From: an uncultured Chloroflexia bacterium
GTDB lineage: Bacteria > Chloroflexota > Anaerolineae > Anaerolineales > E44-bin32
Direction of reading: 5' to 3'
Assembly: GCA_963807065.1 (NCBI GenBank)
Contig: CAWDZQ010000004.1
Span: 1,415,017-1,479,016 of the forward strand
DNA length: 64,000 nt
In this document: positions 50,669 through 62,674 of the stretch, in pieces
Numbering within the stretch: position 1 is the first letter of the stretch
Layout: the number at the start of each line of letters is the position of its first letter
Notes under the pieces: model-generated
The model's database searches: none
What the model was told of the DNA's origin: nothing
What the model saw: the letters and a program-made list of their open reading frames with translations, nothing else
Position numbers and translations under genes: made by a program

Positions 50669-52061
50669 ATGAGCGACAGGAGGTCGACGAAGAAAGACAA
50701 GAAGACCGGCAACGGCACGCGCGCGCCGGCAGAGTCCAAGCCGTTCATCCTCGGCCAGAGCCAGATTTTCACGCCGGAGGTCATCGACGACATCCACATC
50801 AAGTCGGAGCTCGGCCGCTACCGCATGCGCGGCTTCTCGCTGTTCAAGAAGATCCCGCACTGGGACGACCTGACCTTCCTGCCCGGCACGCTGACCCGCT
50901 TCGTCATCGAGGGCTATCGCGAGAAGTGCGAGACCAAGACGGTGATCGGCCCGCGCGCCAAGCGGCCGATGGAGCTCGACATCCCGGTCTATATCACCGG
51001 CATGAGCTTCGGCGCGCTGTCCTACGAGGCCAAGATCGCGCTGGCGCGCGGCGCCACCATGGCGGGCTCGGCGACCTGCTCCGGCGAAGGCGGCATGATC
51101 CCGGACGAGCGGCGCTATTCGAGAAGTGGTTCTACCAGTGCATCCAGTCGCGCTACGGCTTCAACCCGCATCACCTGCGGCTGGCCGACGCCTGCGAGTT
51201 CTTCATCGGCCAGGGCTGCAAGGTCGGCCTCGGCGGCCATCTGATGGGCCAGAAGGTGACCGACCAGGTCGCCGAGATGCGTTCGCTGCCGGCCGGCATC
51301 GACCAGCGCTCGCCGGCGCGTCACCCCGACTGGCTCGGTCCCGACGATCTGGCGCTGAAGATCGAGGAGATCCGCGAGGCCACCGACTGGCAGATCCCGA
51401 TCCAGCTCAAGCTCGGCGCCGCGCGCGTCTATGACGACGTGCGCATGGCGGTGAAGTGCGGGCCGGACTCGATCTACATCGACGGCATGGAAGGCGGCAC
51501 CGGCGCCGGCCCGCACATCGCCACCGAGGAGACCGGCGTGCCCGGCATCGCCGCGATCCGCCAGGCCCGTCGCGCCATCGACGACCTCGGCAAGCGCGGC
51601 GAGATCAGCGCTGGTCTATGCCGGCGGCATCCGCAACGGCGGCGACGTGGCCAAGGCGCTGGCGCTGGGCGCCGACGCCGTGGCCATCGGCCATTCCGCG
51701 CTGATGGCGCTCAACTGCAACAAGGAGATCCCGGAGTCCGATTACGAGGCGGAGATGGGCGTCCCGGCCGGCTACTGCTATCACTGCCACACCGGCCGCT
51801 GCCCGGTCGGCGTGGCGACGCAGGACCCGGAGCTGCAGCAAGCGCCTCGACCCCGACGAGGCGGCCGAGCGGGTCTACAATTTCCTGCACACGCTGACCA
51901 TCGAGGCCCAGATGCTGGCGCGCGCCTGCGGCAAGACCAACATGCACAGCCTGGAGCCGGAGGACCTGGCGGCGCTGACCATGGAGGCGTCGGCCATGGC
52001 GCAGGTGCCGCTGGCCGGCACCGACTACACGGTCGGCGTCGCCGACTATCACCAGCTCTGA
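50669..52061 (+). CDS. glxD: FMN-binding glutamate synthase family protein (GlxD/MgsC), frameshifted
   Basis: ITGMSFGALS, SGEGG, GQGCKVGLGGHL, SPARHPDWLGPDDL, CYHCHTGRCPVGVATQDP. Confidence 0.88.
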
Positions 52062-52083
52062 TGGAGCGGAGCGATGGCAGGCA

Positions 52084-52491
52084 ATGGCCAAGGACAAGAC
52101 GCAAGGGCGCCGCAAGGACGTCGACCAATTCCGCAAGGACGCGCCGGCCTCGACACCGAGCGCGAGAAGGAGATCGGCCAGCACATCGGCTATCGCTACG
52201 ACGTCAACCTGGTGCCCGACTACACGCGGCTCACGCCGTTCCTGAAGAAGTACATGGAATTCATGGGCTGGGACGACCTCAACTGGCTCGAGGACGTGCA
52301 CATGGGCTACGAGGAGGGCGAGCCCGCGGTGTTCGACCGCAACATCAACGGCTGGGTACGGTGCCGAAGACATGGCGCTGCCCGACAACCAGCAGGATCG
52401 GGACATGATCGCGCGCGAGCTGCTGATCAAGTTCCAGATGTCGCCGAACCATCCTATGGTGGAGCTCAACAAGGCTTATCGGAAGTTCTAG
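52084..52491 (+). CDS. Conserved hypothetical protein of glx clusters (frameshifted)
   Basis: HIGYRYDVNLVPDY...MGWDDLNWLEDVHMGYEEG...DRDMIARELLIKFQMS. Confidence 0.65.
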
Positions 52492-53069
52492 GAGACTGAA
52501 CGCCTTCGGCTGTGGGGGCCCGGATCGGCCCAGGCCGAAGCCCAATCGGGTTTGAAGGCAAGAACATGGATTGCTTCGGGCAGAGCGGGGTTGAACAACC
52601 GGTTATGCCAGATTGCCGCCTCGCGGGCGGCGTCGCCGGACGGCAACTCCCGAACTGCGCAAGGCAGCCGATAGCGCTGCCGGTACTGATCGAATTCGAG
52701 GACGCAAGTCCCCTCCCCGGTCAGAGACGCGGCGAGCTCCGAGCCCTGAGGCAGCACACCGACGAGGGTGTCGCTGAAGGTTCGGGGCATCTGGAAATAT
52801 TCGGCCTGAAGGAAGGCCAAGGCGCGCTCATAGACGTCGCGAGGATCGACCGTCCGCATCACCTGGTAGCGAAAGAAGGCCGTGCTCTCCTCCGGGCTCC
52901 GCCTGGATCAGGAGCACGGTGAGGGCCGGCGCCAGATCCGGCCCGCGACGGTAAGGACGCGCGGGCGCATGCCGGGCGACGGGCGGCCGCCCTGCTCGCG
53001 CATGGCCATCTGCCTGATCCGGCACTGCCAGGCCAGGAAGTGGTCTCGGATGTCTCCCTTGGCGGGCAT
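52488..53069 (-). CDS. Hypothetical protein (frameshifted)
   Basis: MPAKGDIRDHFLAWQCRIRQMAMR joins ...DPRDVYERALAFLQAEYFQ...WHNRLFNP. Confidence 0.6.
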
Positions 53070-53346
53070 GTCGGGTTGACCTCGCAACTGTCCGATTCCT
53101 TGGGTTTATCCGCAGGAAAGCGAGTTTCTCGTGCGTTGACGGTGTTATGGCTAAGGCTTAGCATCCAGACAAGGCCAAGTATGGGAGGGGACCCGGCAGG
53201 CGTGCGCCAAGCCGGATTAAGTACTGGCACAGGCCTGCGTAACCCAACGAGGAAGGTAAGATGTAGCTGAATTGTCCGTCGGGCGCTGCTGCGTGCGGAT
53301 TATGTGACCAGGCGCAACGGCATTGGGGAAAAGGGGGTAAAATCAC

Positions 53347-54711
53347 ATGGGCGACAATATATCTGCGCTTACGACGATTTTCACCGAGTTCTATTACTGG
53401 GTGACGGTCGTCATCATGTTCCTCATCCATGTCGGATTCTGCATGTATGAGGTCGGCGTCAGCCGCACCGGAACCATCTCCACACCTTGATGAAGAACAC
53501 GATGCTGATCCCGTTGGTCACCATCACCTTCTTCTTCTTCGGCTGGTGGATCTACTGGGCGTTCCCGAACGGGCCGTTCATCTACGAAGGCAAGGGCCTC
53601 ATTCTGGACGGTGCTACCGGCGCCAACCAGTACTGCCGTGGTCGCCGAAGATGGGCCCGAACCTGCAAGACCACATCACCGGCGTATTCTGGGCCGCGTT
53701 CCTGCTGTTCTCATGGACGGCGGCTTCGATCGTTTCGGGCTCGGTGATCGAGCGGATCAAGTCCGGCGCCTTCTGGATCATCGCGGTGATGATCGGGTCG
53801 GTGACCTGGATCATCGATGCGGCCTGGGGCTGGCACTTTGACGGCTGGATGGTGAAGCTGCTCGGCTATCACGACGCCTATGCCTCGGGCGTGATCCATG
53901 CCATCGCCGGCGGAACCGCGCTCGGCGTTCTCATCGTGCTGGGTCCGCGCCTCGGCCGCTTCGCCGCGGACGGGACGCCACGCGAATCGTGCCTCAGAAT
54001 CAATGGCTGGTGACGATCGGACTGTTCTTGATCTATACCGGCTTCTGGGGCTTTTACGCCGCGTGCAACGTGCCGATCATCTCGCCCGAGACCATCGCGG
54101 GCAGATCACCGGCTCGACCTGGACGGCAACCACCATCTATCTCACGCCAACCACCCTCGGCGCCATCACGTTCAACTTCCTGATGTCGCTCTCCGGCGGT
54201 CTGATGGTGGCCTACATCGTCTCGAAGGGCAATCCGTTCTGGACCTACTCGGGCGGCCTCGCCGGCATCATCACCGCTTCCGCGGGCAATGACCTCTACC
54301 ACCCGATCCAAGCCTTCTTCATCGGCGGCATCGGCATCTATCTCGGCTACTACCTCCATGACTGGGTCGAGCGGAAGTTCAAGATCGACGATGCCGTCGG
54401 TGCGGTGGCCGTCCACGGCTATTGCGGCTTCATCGGCGTCGCGATCGCCGGCTTCATGCTCTGGGGTTATCCGTCATCGCCCTATGAAGGCTATGCCGCG
54501 ATCAACCCGGTCGGAAACTTCATCGGCGGCGATCATCATGTTCTTCGTTCTCGGTTTCGTTCCGGGATGGGTCATGGCGAAAATCCTCGATGGCATGGGG
54601 CTCTTGCGCGTGCCGCGGCAGGTCGAGCTGATGGGGCTCGATTTCAGGTCGCTGCATGAGGAAGAAGTCGCGCGGGAAGAAGTCATTCGCGTCGAAAAGG
54701 CCATGGCCTGA
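53347..54711 (+). CDS. amt: Ammonium transporter (Amt) family, several frameshifts
   Basis: IHVGFCMYE, SIVSGSVIER, HDAYASGVIH, GPRLGRF, IDDAVGAVAVHG. Confidence 0.9.
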
Positions 54712-54737
54712 CACGAAGCCGGTAAAGGAGACTTGAT

Positions 54738-54947
54738 ATGGGTAGCACTTGGGCTGTTGATCTCGCCAATGTCGGGGCCGTCTATCCCTGGCTTGGTTAC
54801 GAAGTGATCATGGTCGTGATCGCGATCGTTGCCTGGCTGATCTGGCATTTCGCCCAGATCCGCGAGGAGGAGAATGAGTTTGCCGAGGACATCAAGCTCC
54901 ACGGCAGCAAAGAAAAGATCCAGAAGGCGCTCGACGAGCGCGTCTGA
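54738..54947 (+). CDS. Small membrane protein downstream of amt
   Basis: GAVYPWLGYE plus a TM helix. RBS AAGGAG. Confidence 0.7.
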   Translation: MGSTWAVDLANVGAVYPWLGYEVIMVVIAIVAWLIWHFAQIREEENEFAEDIKLHGSKEKIQKALDERV

Positions 54948-55057
54948 TGCTCGAGCGGGGCGCCGGCGATCTAATGCCGGCGCTCCGCATCTCTTCTCGG
55001 GTTCCCGGCGGACATCCGCCCGTTTGACCCGCAAATCTCCACCAGCCACTCTATGTC

Positions 55058-55822
55058 ATGATCAAGGGTGTGCTGCTTGACCTCGCCGGCGTCATCTACG
55101 ACGCCAATGAGGCGCTTCCCGGCGCCGTCGATGCCGTTGGCCGGTTGCGCGCTGCGGATTTGCCGCTGCGCTTCATCACCAACACCACCCGTTCGAGCAA
55201 GCAGATGGTGCTGGCACGCCTCGCCGGACTGGGGCTGCGCCTCGATCCGAGCGAAGTGTTCACCCCCGCTCGGGCGGCGCAGGAATGGCTGGCCCGGCAC
55301 GACTGCGCGCCCGTGCTCCTCGTTCACCCGAACCTGGTTGAGGAATTTCAAGGAGGCGCGGAACGACCGCACCGCGCCGTCGTCGTCGGCGATGCCGGCG
55401 ATGGGTTCACCTACGCCAACCTCAACCACGCCTTCCGCGCCTTGATCGACGGCGCGCGCCTGATCGCGCTGGCGAAGAACCGGACTTTCAAGGATGCCGA
55501 CGGCCAACTCAGCCTGGACACAGGCGCCTTCGTGACCGCGCTGGAATATGCGAGCCAGTGCACAGCTGTCGTGCTGGGCAAGCCAGCGCCCGAGTTTTTT
55601 GACGCCGCGCTGGCGAGCATGGGGTGTTCGCCGGCAGAGGCGGTGATGGTCGGTGATGATGCTGAGGCCGACGTTGCCGGCGCCTTGCGCGCGGGCCTCG
55701 GCGCCGCCCTGCTGGTTCGTACCGGCAAATATTGCGGCGGCGATGAGGAGCGGTTCGATCCGCGGCCGACGGCGACGGTGGCTGACGTGGCGGCAGCGGC
55801 CGACTGGATCCTTTCGAAATAA
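55058..55822 (+). CDS. HAD-IIA hydrolase (TIGR01458/LHPP-like)
   Basis: LLDLAGV, ITNTT, GKPAPEFF, MVGDDAEADV, VRTGKY. Confidence 0.9.
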   Translation: MIKGVLLDLAGVIYDANEALPGAVDAVGRLRAADLPLRFITNTTRSSKQMVLARLAGLGLRLDPSEVFTPARAAQEWLARHDCAPVLLVHPNLVEEFQGGAERPHRAVVVGDAGDGFTYANLNHAFRALIDGARLIALAKNRTFKDADGQLSLDTGAFVTALEYASQCTAVVLGKPAPEFFDAALASMGCSPAEAVMVGDDAEADVAGALRAGLGAALLVRTGKYCGGDEERFDPRPTATVADVAAAADWILSK

Positions 55823-55955
55823 CCCCAAAAGGCCCAAGCCTGCGAGGCCATTTGCGGCGCCTCCGCGCCCGTAGCGGCACCCGCCTTAAGGAAACCTGAA
55901 CCAACGGGCGATAGCCTCGGCTCTCCGTGTCGAGGGACCTGGAGCTGATCGCCTT

Positions 55956-56765
55956 ATGCAGTCCTTGGGGGAAGAAGGACCGTCCGCTCAGACCGAGCTT
56001 CAAGCGTCGCCGCGCCCTTCGCTCCGCGAAATCAACGCGATCATCAAGGGGCTCCAACTCTGTGCGCTCGATCGCAACGACTACCGCCCCTTGCTGGACC
56101 GCAGGATACCGACGCGCACGGCGCGATTTGTCCAACGGCTGATCATGCGGCGGAGGCGCCGTGTGATCCTGCCGCACCGGTTTCCAGCGTGGTGGGACGT
56201 GGTGATCGCCGAGCCCGAGACGGCGCGAGATCTGCTGTTGCTGGTGCTGTTCACCGGGATGCGCCCGTCACAGTTCACGACGCTGCGCTGGGACCAGGTC
56301 GATGCTGTGGGGCGTGCGCTCTATTTTCCCAGCTCAGCCTCTGGCGATTGGTTCGGTCTACCCATGTCCAGTTTCGTCGCCGAGCTTATCGCCCGGCGGT
56401 TCCAGGGATCCTCGGACTGGGTGTTTCCCGGCCGCGGCCGCGCCGGTCATATCGGCCATACCCAATCCATCGCCAGGCGCGTCGCGTTGAAAGCCGCCGT
56501 GCCGTTTTCATTCTCCGACCTGCGGCGCACGTTCATCGCCGTCGGGGTCAGCCTTGAGGTGCCGGCAGACGTCATCAAGCGCCTGCTCGGATATCAGCTT
56601 GGCGGAGACCCGCTGGCCGTTGCCGACCAGGTGGAGCACTTGCGGGAGCCCGGGCAACGTATCGCCCAGCGCATTCTGAGCCTGGCCAAAGTCCACGAGC
56701 GACGGGGGTTGCTCGGCGCGCGCATGCCGCCGGCGCAGCCGATGATGATGCTCTCCTGGGGCTAG
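55956..56765 (+). CDS. Degenerate tyrosine recombinase catalytic-domain protein
   Basis: FTGMR..LRWDQVD, SDLRRTF, IKRLLGY. Start uncertain. Confidence 0.7.
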   Translation: MQSLGEEGPSAQTELQASPRPSLREINAIIKGLQLCALDRNDYRPLLDRRIPTRTARFVQRLIMRRRRRVILPHRFPAWWDVVIAEPETARDLLLLVLFTGMRPSQFTTLRWDQVDAVGRALYFPSSASGDWFGLPMSSFVAELIARRFQGSSDWVFPGRGRAGHIGHTQSIARRVALKAAVPFSFSDLRRTFIAVGVSLEVPADVIKRLLGYQLGGDPLAVADQVEHLREPGQRIAQRILSLAKVHERRGLLGARMPPAQPMMMLSWG

Positions 56766-56788
56766 ACAACCAGCCGCCGGCGCCTTCG

Positions 56789-58422
56789 TCAGCGGTGCTC
56801 CTCGACGCTCGAGGCGATCAGCTCCTTGTTGAACCTCGCCAGCGCCTTCACCTGGCTCGCCCAGCCGATCTTCCGGCTGCGATCGGCGTCATCGACGACG
56901 GGAATGCGCTCGGCGCCGGAGCTGTCGAAGGCGCGCAGCGCCGCCTCCAAACTCTCGTTGCGGCGGAGCGTCAGCTCCCGTTCGGCTTCGGGAAGCGCTT
57001 CGGCCTCGCCGTCTGCGAGGGGCGCCATGAAGTCGGCGACCGAACCGATCTTCATCACCACCCGATGGGGACCGTCCTGAAGCACGATCCCGCGGGATTC
57101 GAGCTGAGTTTGGAAGAAGGAGCGGCCGAGAACCGCCTGGAAGATGCCGTTGCCGATCGAGATCGTGAGCAGGAGCGCGAGGCTGAGGGCAAAGCCGCCC
57201 GTCAGCTCGAAAACCATGACCGTGGTCGAGATCGGCGCCCCGAGCACGGCGGCGGTCAACCGCGCCCATGCCGAGGATCGCGTAGAGGCCCTCGCTCGAG
57301 CCCATCTGCGGAAACGCAGTTGCGGCAATCAGGCCGAATGCGCCTCCGGTCATGGCCCCGAGATACAGCGCCGGCGAAAACACCCCGCCGCCGAAGCGAG
57401 AGGCGAGCGCGATCGCGGTCGCCGCGGTCTTGGCGACGAGCAGCGCCAACATCATGGCGATCGGCAATTGATCCTTCAGCGCCGCGTCGGTGCTGCCGTA
57501 GCCGACGCCAAGGACCTCGGGAAACCAGAGCGCGATGGCGCCGATCAGAAGGCCGCCGACCGCAGGACGGGCGATGAGCGGCATGTCGATGTTGCGGGCA
57601 ATCCAGTCGGTGGCGACGAGAGCGGTCTGGAAAATGATCGCCACCGCGGCGGCGACGATGCCGAGCAGCACAAACGCCGGTACTTCGAGATATGAGCTGA
57701 TCTGGTAGTCGGGAACGACGAAGGCGGCAATATTGCCGAACCAGGCCTGCGACACGATGGTCGCCATCACCGAGGCAAGCACCAGGGGCACGAAGCTGGT
57801 CACGGCGAAATGGCCGAGGACCACCTCCTGGGCGAACAGGACGCCGGCAATCGGCGCATTGAAGGAGGCGGCAACGGCGCCGGCGACGCCGGCAGCAAGC
57901 AGCGTGCGCCGGCGCGGCATTGGGGAGATTGAGACGGTTGCAGGTCGCCGCGGCGATAGTAGCACCGAAATAGACGATCGGGCCTTCGCGGCCGGCGCTG
58001 GCGCCGCCACCAAGGGAGAGCGCGCTGGCCAGCGTGCTGACCAGCCCCTGCCTCAAATCGAGGTCGCGGCCGGCATTGATCCGCGCCTCCATGACATCCG
58101 GCACCGCGCCGGTGCGCTTGGCGGCGAGGAGATATTGCAGCATCAGCCCGACCAAGAGGCCGGCCACCGCAGGCGCCAACAAGATCACCCACCAAGGCTG
58201 GACGCTGGCGGCGGCAGTGACGCTCTCCGACATGGTGCCGAGCCAGGGCAGCTGGAAGACCCCGATCCCGAGCCGGAACAGAATTGCCGCCCCACCGGCC
58301 GCCAGCCCAATGAATGGCGCGAGCAGCCAGACCACCGGCTGCCGGCTGTGCTGGAACTGCTTCAGATTGGGCACCGTCCAGCGGCCGACGGCGTCGAGGA
58401 GCCTCATCTTGCTAAGGGCCAT
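56789..58422 (-). CDS. ClC chloride channel with CBS domain (two frameshifts)
   Basis: GGASAGREGP, FNAPIAG, GVGY, GGVFSPALYLG, FELTG. Confidence 0.9.
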
Positions 58423-58642
58423 CGCCTCTCTTACCGACGGGGCCGGGCCTGCTCAACCCTTTGGCCCCTCCCCGTCTCTGCGATCGCGGTGTCACCCCCC
58501 GGCTCTGCGACGATCGCTGCCAGAATAGGGTGCACCCCGGGGTTGCCGGGCGCGCGGCCAAGTCGGCTCGAAGGGACCGCTTTGGGCCCGATCGAGCTTC
58601 TAGACCTTCTCGCCCAAGGCGCTAATATGAGACGGCAAGCCA

Positions 58643-59470
58643 TTGTTGCGGAACTTCCACTCGTGGGGCCGGCACGGACCGAGACGGGGGCGGACGACGA
58701 GCTCACATCGCAGCCCAGTTGTGTCGGAGAACCCGGATGGCAGCGGTCCGTTCGCGATCGTTTGCGATCACGCCTCGAATCGAGTGCCAGAGGCCTATCT
58801 GTCGTTCGGGTTCGAGGACGATGCGCTGGCTACGCACATCGCCTGGGATCCCGGCGCGCTCGGGGTGGCGCGGCACTTGTCGGAGCGGCTGGACGCGCCG
58901 CTCATTTGGCCGGACGTCTCCCGCCTCGTCATCGATTGCAACCGCCCGCCCGAGGCTGGCAGTCTCATCGTCGCTGAAAGTGAGGGCCGGCCGGTGCCGG
59001 CCAACCGCGCGGTAACCGAAGCCGAGCGCGCGCGGCGGCTTGCCGACATCCACGTCCCCTATCATGCCGCCATCGATGCCTGTCTCGACCGCAGGCGCGC
59101 TCGGGGACTGGAGACCGCACTCGTCGCCATTCACTCCTTCACGCCGGTCTATCTCGGCAAGACGCGCCCGTGGCATGTCGGCATCGTTTTCGACGACGAT
59201 CGCCGGGTGGCAGACGTCCTTCTCGACGGCCTCAAGGCCGATCCTTCTCTAATCGTCGGCGCCAACGAACCCTATTCGCCGGCGGACCAGGTCTATTACA
59301 CCGTGGCACGCCACGCGGCCCCGCGCGGTCTCCCCGCGACCATGGTCGAAATTCGTAACGACGTGATCGCCGACGCGGCCAGCCAACACGATTGGGCGGA
59401 GCGACTGGCCAACATTCTCAATGCGACCCAGCAGGCTTGGCTGGAGTCGAATGACTACGCCGCGGTGTGA
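58643..59470 (+). CDS. N-formylglutamate amidohydrolase family
   Basis: CDHASN, HIAWDPGA, SRLVIDCNR, IHSFTP, NEPYS, EIRND. Start uncertain. Confidence 0.9.
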   Translation: MLRNFHSWGRHGPRRGRTTSSHRSPVVSENPDGSGPFAIVCDHASNRVPEAYLSFGFEDDALATHIAWDPGALGVARHLSERLDAPLIWPDVSRLVIDCNRPPEAGSLIVAESEGRPVPANRAVTEAERARRLADIHVPYHAAIDACLDRRRARGLETALVAIHSFTPVYLGKTRPWHVGIVFDDDRRVADVLLDGLKADPSLIVGANEPYSPADQVYYTVARHAAPRGLPATMVEIRNDVIADAASQHDWAERLANILNATQQAWLESNDYAAV

Positions 59471-59550
59471 AATCTTGCATTTGGTCTTGGTGCTCGCCTG
59501 TCCGGAATGATTGCACAAACCAGCAGCAGTGACTCGAACGTAGAGAGCGC

Positions 59551-60063
59551 ATGCCCAAGGGGATAAGACTCTTCGTCCGCTATGTCGACGCGGTGAACTA
59601 CGCCGTCGGTCGCTTCGCGATGTATTTGTTCTTCGTGCTCGGCGGGGTGCTGATTTACGCGACGCTGTCGAGGGTCGTCGCCGGAATCCCGATCAACTGG
59701 GCAATCGAGCTGTCGCAATTCGTGCTGTCGGCTTACTACCTGCTCGGCGGCGCCTATTCCATGCAGCTTAACGGCCATGTACGCATGGACCTGCTCTACG
59801 CCAGCCGCTCGCCGCGGGACCGTGCGATCACGGACGCGATCACGATCCTGGTCGTGATCTTCTATCTCGTCGTGCTGTTTCTTGGCGGCATCTCGGCCAC
59901 CGACTACGCCATCACCTACCAGCAGAAGAACTACTCCTCCTGGGCGCCGCTGCTGTGGCCGATCAAGGTGATCATGACCATCGGCATCTTTCTCATGCTG
60001 CTGCAGACGATCTCGATCTTCTTCAAGGACGTGGCTGCGGCGCGGGGGCAGCCGATCGAATGA
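59551..60063 (+). CDS. dctQ: TRAP transporter small permease
   Basis: Four TMs and the HVRMDLLY motif. Confidence 0.9.
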   Translation: MPKGIRLFVRYVDAVNYAVGRFAMYLFFVLGGVLIYATLSRVVAGIPINWAIELSQFVLSAYYLLGGAYSMQLNGHVRMDLLYASRSPRDRAITDAITILVVIFYLVVLFLGGISATDYAITYQQKNYSSWAPLLWPIKVIMTIGIFLMLLQTISIFFKDVAAARGQPIE

Positions 60064-61385
60064 GTTCTGAATTCATCACCCTCTTTATGTTCGCCACGAT
60101 GATGCTGCTGCTGCTGACGGGGCAGCGCGTCTTCGGCGTTATCGGCTTCGTCGGCACCGCGGCCGCCCTGTGGCTCTGGGGCGAAGGCTCGTTCGAGATG
60201 CCGTTCAACGCCAGCTTCCAGGTGTTGAACTGGTATCCCCTGATCACCGTGCCGTTCTTCGTGTTCATGGGCTACATGATGTCGGAGTCCGGTATCGCCA
60301 GCAATCTGTACCGGATGTTCCATGTCTGGTTCGGATCGATCAACGGCGGTCTCGCGCTGGGCACCATCGGACTCATGGTGCTGATCTCCTGCATGAACGG
60401 TCTGTCCGTCGCGGGCATGGCCATCGGCGCCACGATCGCGCTGCCGGAGCTGCTGCGGCGCGGCTACGACAAGTCCATGGTGACCGGCGTGGTCCAGGCG
60501 GGCAGTTCGCTCGGCATTCTGATCCCGCCAAGCGTCGTTCTCGTGCTTTACGCCATGATCGCGCGCCAGCCGGTGCTCCAGCTATGGATCGCCGGCATCC
60601 TGCCCGGGCTGATGATGGCCGCCATCTTCATGGTCTACATCTACATCCGCTGCCGGATCAACCCGACCCTCGGGCCGTCGCTGTCGCCGGAGGAGCTGTC
60701 CCAGATCACGTTGCGCGAGAAGCTCTCGCTGCTGCGCGAAGGGGTCATGCCGCTGGCGATCTTCGGCATCATGATGGGCATGTTCCTGACCGGCACCACC
60801 AGCCTCGTCGAAAGCTCAGCCGTCGGCGCGCTGCTCACTGTGATCGGCGCCGTGATCGAGCGCAAGTTCTCCTGGCAAGTGATGGAGGCTTCGCTTCGGA
60901 ACACGCTGTCGGTGACCTGCATGTTCCTGTGGCTCATCCTGGCGGCGCTTTGTTTCAGCGCCGTCTATGACGGTCTCGGCGCGGTCAAGGCCATCGAGAG
61001 CCTGCTGGTGAACACCTGGGACTTCGACCCGTGGACGATCCTGATCCTGATGCTGATCTCCTTCATCGTCATGGGCGCCTTCCTCGACGACACCGCCATG
61101 CTGGTGATCGTGGCCCCGCTCTACATTCCGCTGGTTATCAAGCTTGGTTTCAATCCGATCTGGTTCGGCGTGCTTTATACGGTCACTTGCCAGATCGCAT
61201 ACATCACGCCGCCGTTCGGATACAATCTGTTCCTGATGCGCGCGATGGCGCCGCCCGAGATTACGCTGATGGACATTTACCGTTCCATCATCCCATTCTT
61301 CATCCTGATGGTGATTTCCTTGATCATCCTCATAATGTTTCCGCAGATCACGTTGTGGCTACCCGAGCTCTATGCCGGAAGATGA
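60060..61385 (+). CDS. dctM: TRAP transporter large permease
   Basis: VPFFVFMG, LGILIPPS, AYITPPFGYNLF. ATGA overlap with dctQ. Confidence 0.92.
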   Translation: MSSEFITLFMFATMMLLLLTGQRVFGVIGFVGTAAALWLWGEGSFEMPFNASFQVLNWYPLITVPFFVFMGYMMSESGIASNLYRMFHVWFGSINGGLALGTIGLMVLISCMNGLSVAGMAIGATIALPELLRRGYDKSMVTGVVQAGSSLGILIPPSVVLVLYAMIARQPVLQLWIAGILPGLMMAAIFMVYIYIRCRINPTLGPSLSPEELSQITLREKLSLLREGVMPLAIFGIMMGMFLTGTTSLVESSAVGALLTVIGAVIERKFSWQVMEASLRNTLSVTCMFLWLILAALCFSAVYDGLGAVKAIESLLVNTWDFDPWTILILMLISFIVMGAFLDDTAMLVIVAPLYIPLVIKLGFNPIWFGVLYTVTCQIAYITPPFGYNLFLMRAMAPPEITLMDIYRSIIPFFILMVISLIILIMFPQITLWLPELYAGR

Positions 61386-61512
61386 CGAGCGGGCGCCAAC
61401 CCGCCATGCCGATGACCGGGAGAAAGTGCGCATGTGGGTGCGTTCGACGGAGTGAGAATTTCGACCAGGCTGTGTGCAGACGCTTCGTTTTGTGGCTCAA
61501 CAGGGAGTAGCG

Positions 61513-62593
61513 ATGATGACCAAAGATGCCAAAGTTAGTACCCCAGTTAGCAAACGTGATTTCTTGAAGAAGGCTGGGCTTGTCACGGCCGGCGCCGCAG
61601 CGGCGACCGTGGCGGCCCCCCACGTGGCAAGGGCCGCACCGATCAAGTGGCGGCTCCAGACCTATGCCGGCCCGGCTCTCGCCGAGCACGTCGTCACGAA
61701 CTCGATCAACGTCTTCAACAAGGCGGCGAACGGCGAGATGGAGATCGAGCTTTTCACCGCCGACCAGCTTGTGCCTCAAGGCGAGCTGTTCCGCGCCGTC
61801 CAGGCCGGCACCATCGATGCCGCCCAGAGCGACGACGATTCGGCGGCGGCCCCGGTCGACGTCCGGGTGTTCGCGGCCTACTTCCCGTTCGCCTCGCGCT
61901 ACTCCCTCGACGTCCCGACGCTGTGGGAGTGGTACGGCCTGAAGGAGATCTGGGAGGAGGCCTATTCCGAGGTCCCGAACGTGACCTGGCTCAGCACCGG
62001 ATCATGGGACCCGTGCAACTTCGCCACCACCAAGCCGATCCGCTCGGTTGAGGATCTCAAGGGCTTGCGCGTCTACATGTTCCCGACGGGCGGCCAGTTC
62101 ATGCAGCAGTTCGGCGTGGTGCCGGTGTCGTTGCCGTACGAAGACGTGCAGCCCGCAATCCAAACCGGCGAGCTCGACGGCATCTGCCTGGTGCGGCATT
62201 ACCGAGTGCTACACCGTGGGCTGGGCCGACGTCACCAAATACTATCTGACCAACAACATCTCCGGCGCGTGGGCCGGGTCCTATTTCGTCAACACCGAAA
62301 AATGGAAGGAAGTGCCGCCGCATCTGCAGCAGCTGTTCAAGATGTGCATCGACTGGTCGCACTACTACCGGCTGCATTGGTATTGGTGGGGCGAGGCGCA
62401 TTACCGCACCACCGGCGGCAAGCTGGAGTTGACCACCATCCCCGACGCCGAATGGAAGACCGTCGAGGACAAGGCCATGATGTTCTGGGACGAGATTGCC
62501 AAGACCAGCCCGCGCTGCGCCAAGGTCGTGGAGATCCTCAAGAAATACAACGAGACCATGGCGAAGGCCGGTCCTCCCTACCGTTGCGCCTAG
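61513..62593 (+). CDS. dctP: TRAP substrate-binding protein with Tat-like signal (frameshift near 62190)
   Basis: SKRDFLK, KWRLQTY, PIRSVEDLKGLR, QTGELDG. Confidence 0.9.
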
Positions 62594-62613
62594 GCTGGCA
62601 ACGCACCATATCA

Positions 62614-62648
62614 ACCCGCGCGGTCCTGGACCGCGCGGGTCCTTTTTG
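62614..62648 (+). terminator. Rho-independent terminator
   Basis: ACCCGCGCGGTCC-T-GGACCGCGCGGGT followed by CCTTTTT. Confidence 0.75.
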
Positions 62649-62674
62649 AACTCTCAAACAATCCGAAGTCCGCC

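Noticed and set aside
55956-56765. Candidate IntI for the cassette array
   Set aside because: It lacks the IntI-specific insertion and catalytic residues, lies 38 kb away and is beyond the suspected chimeric junction.
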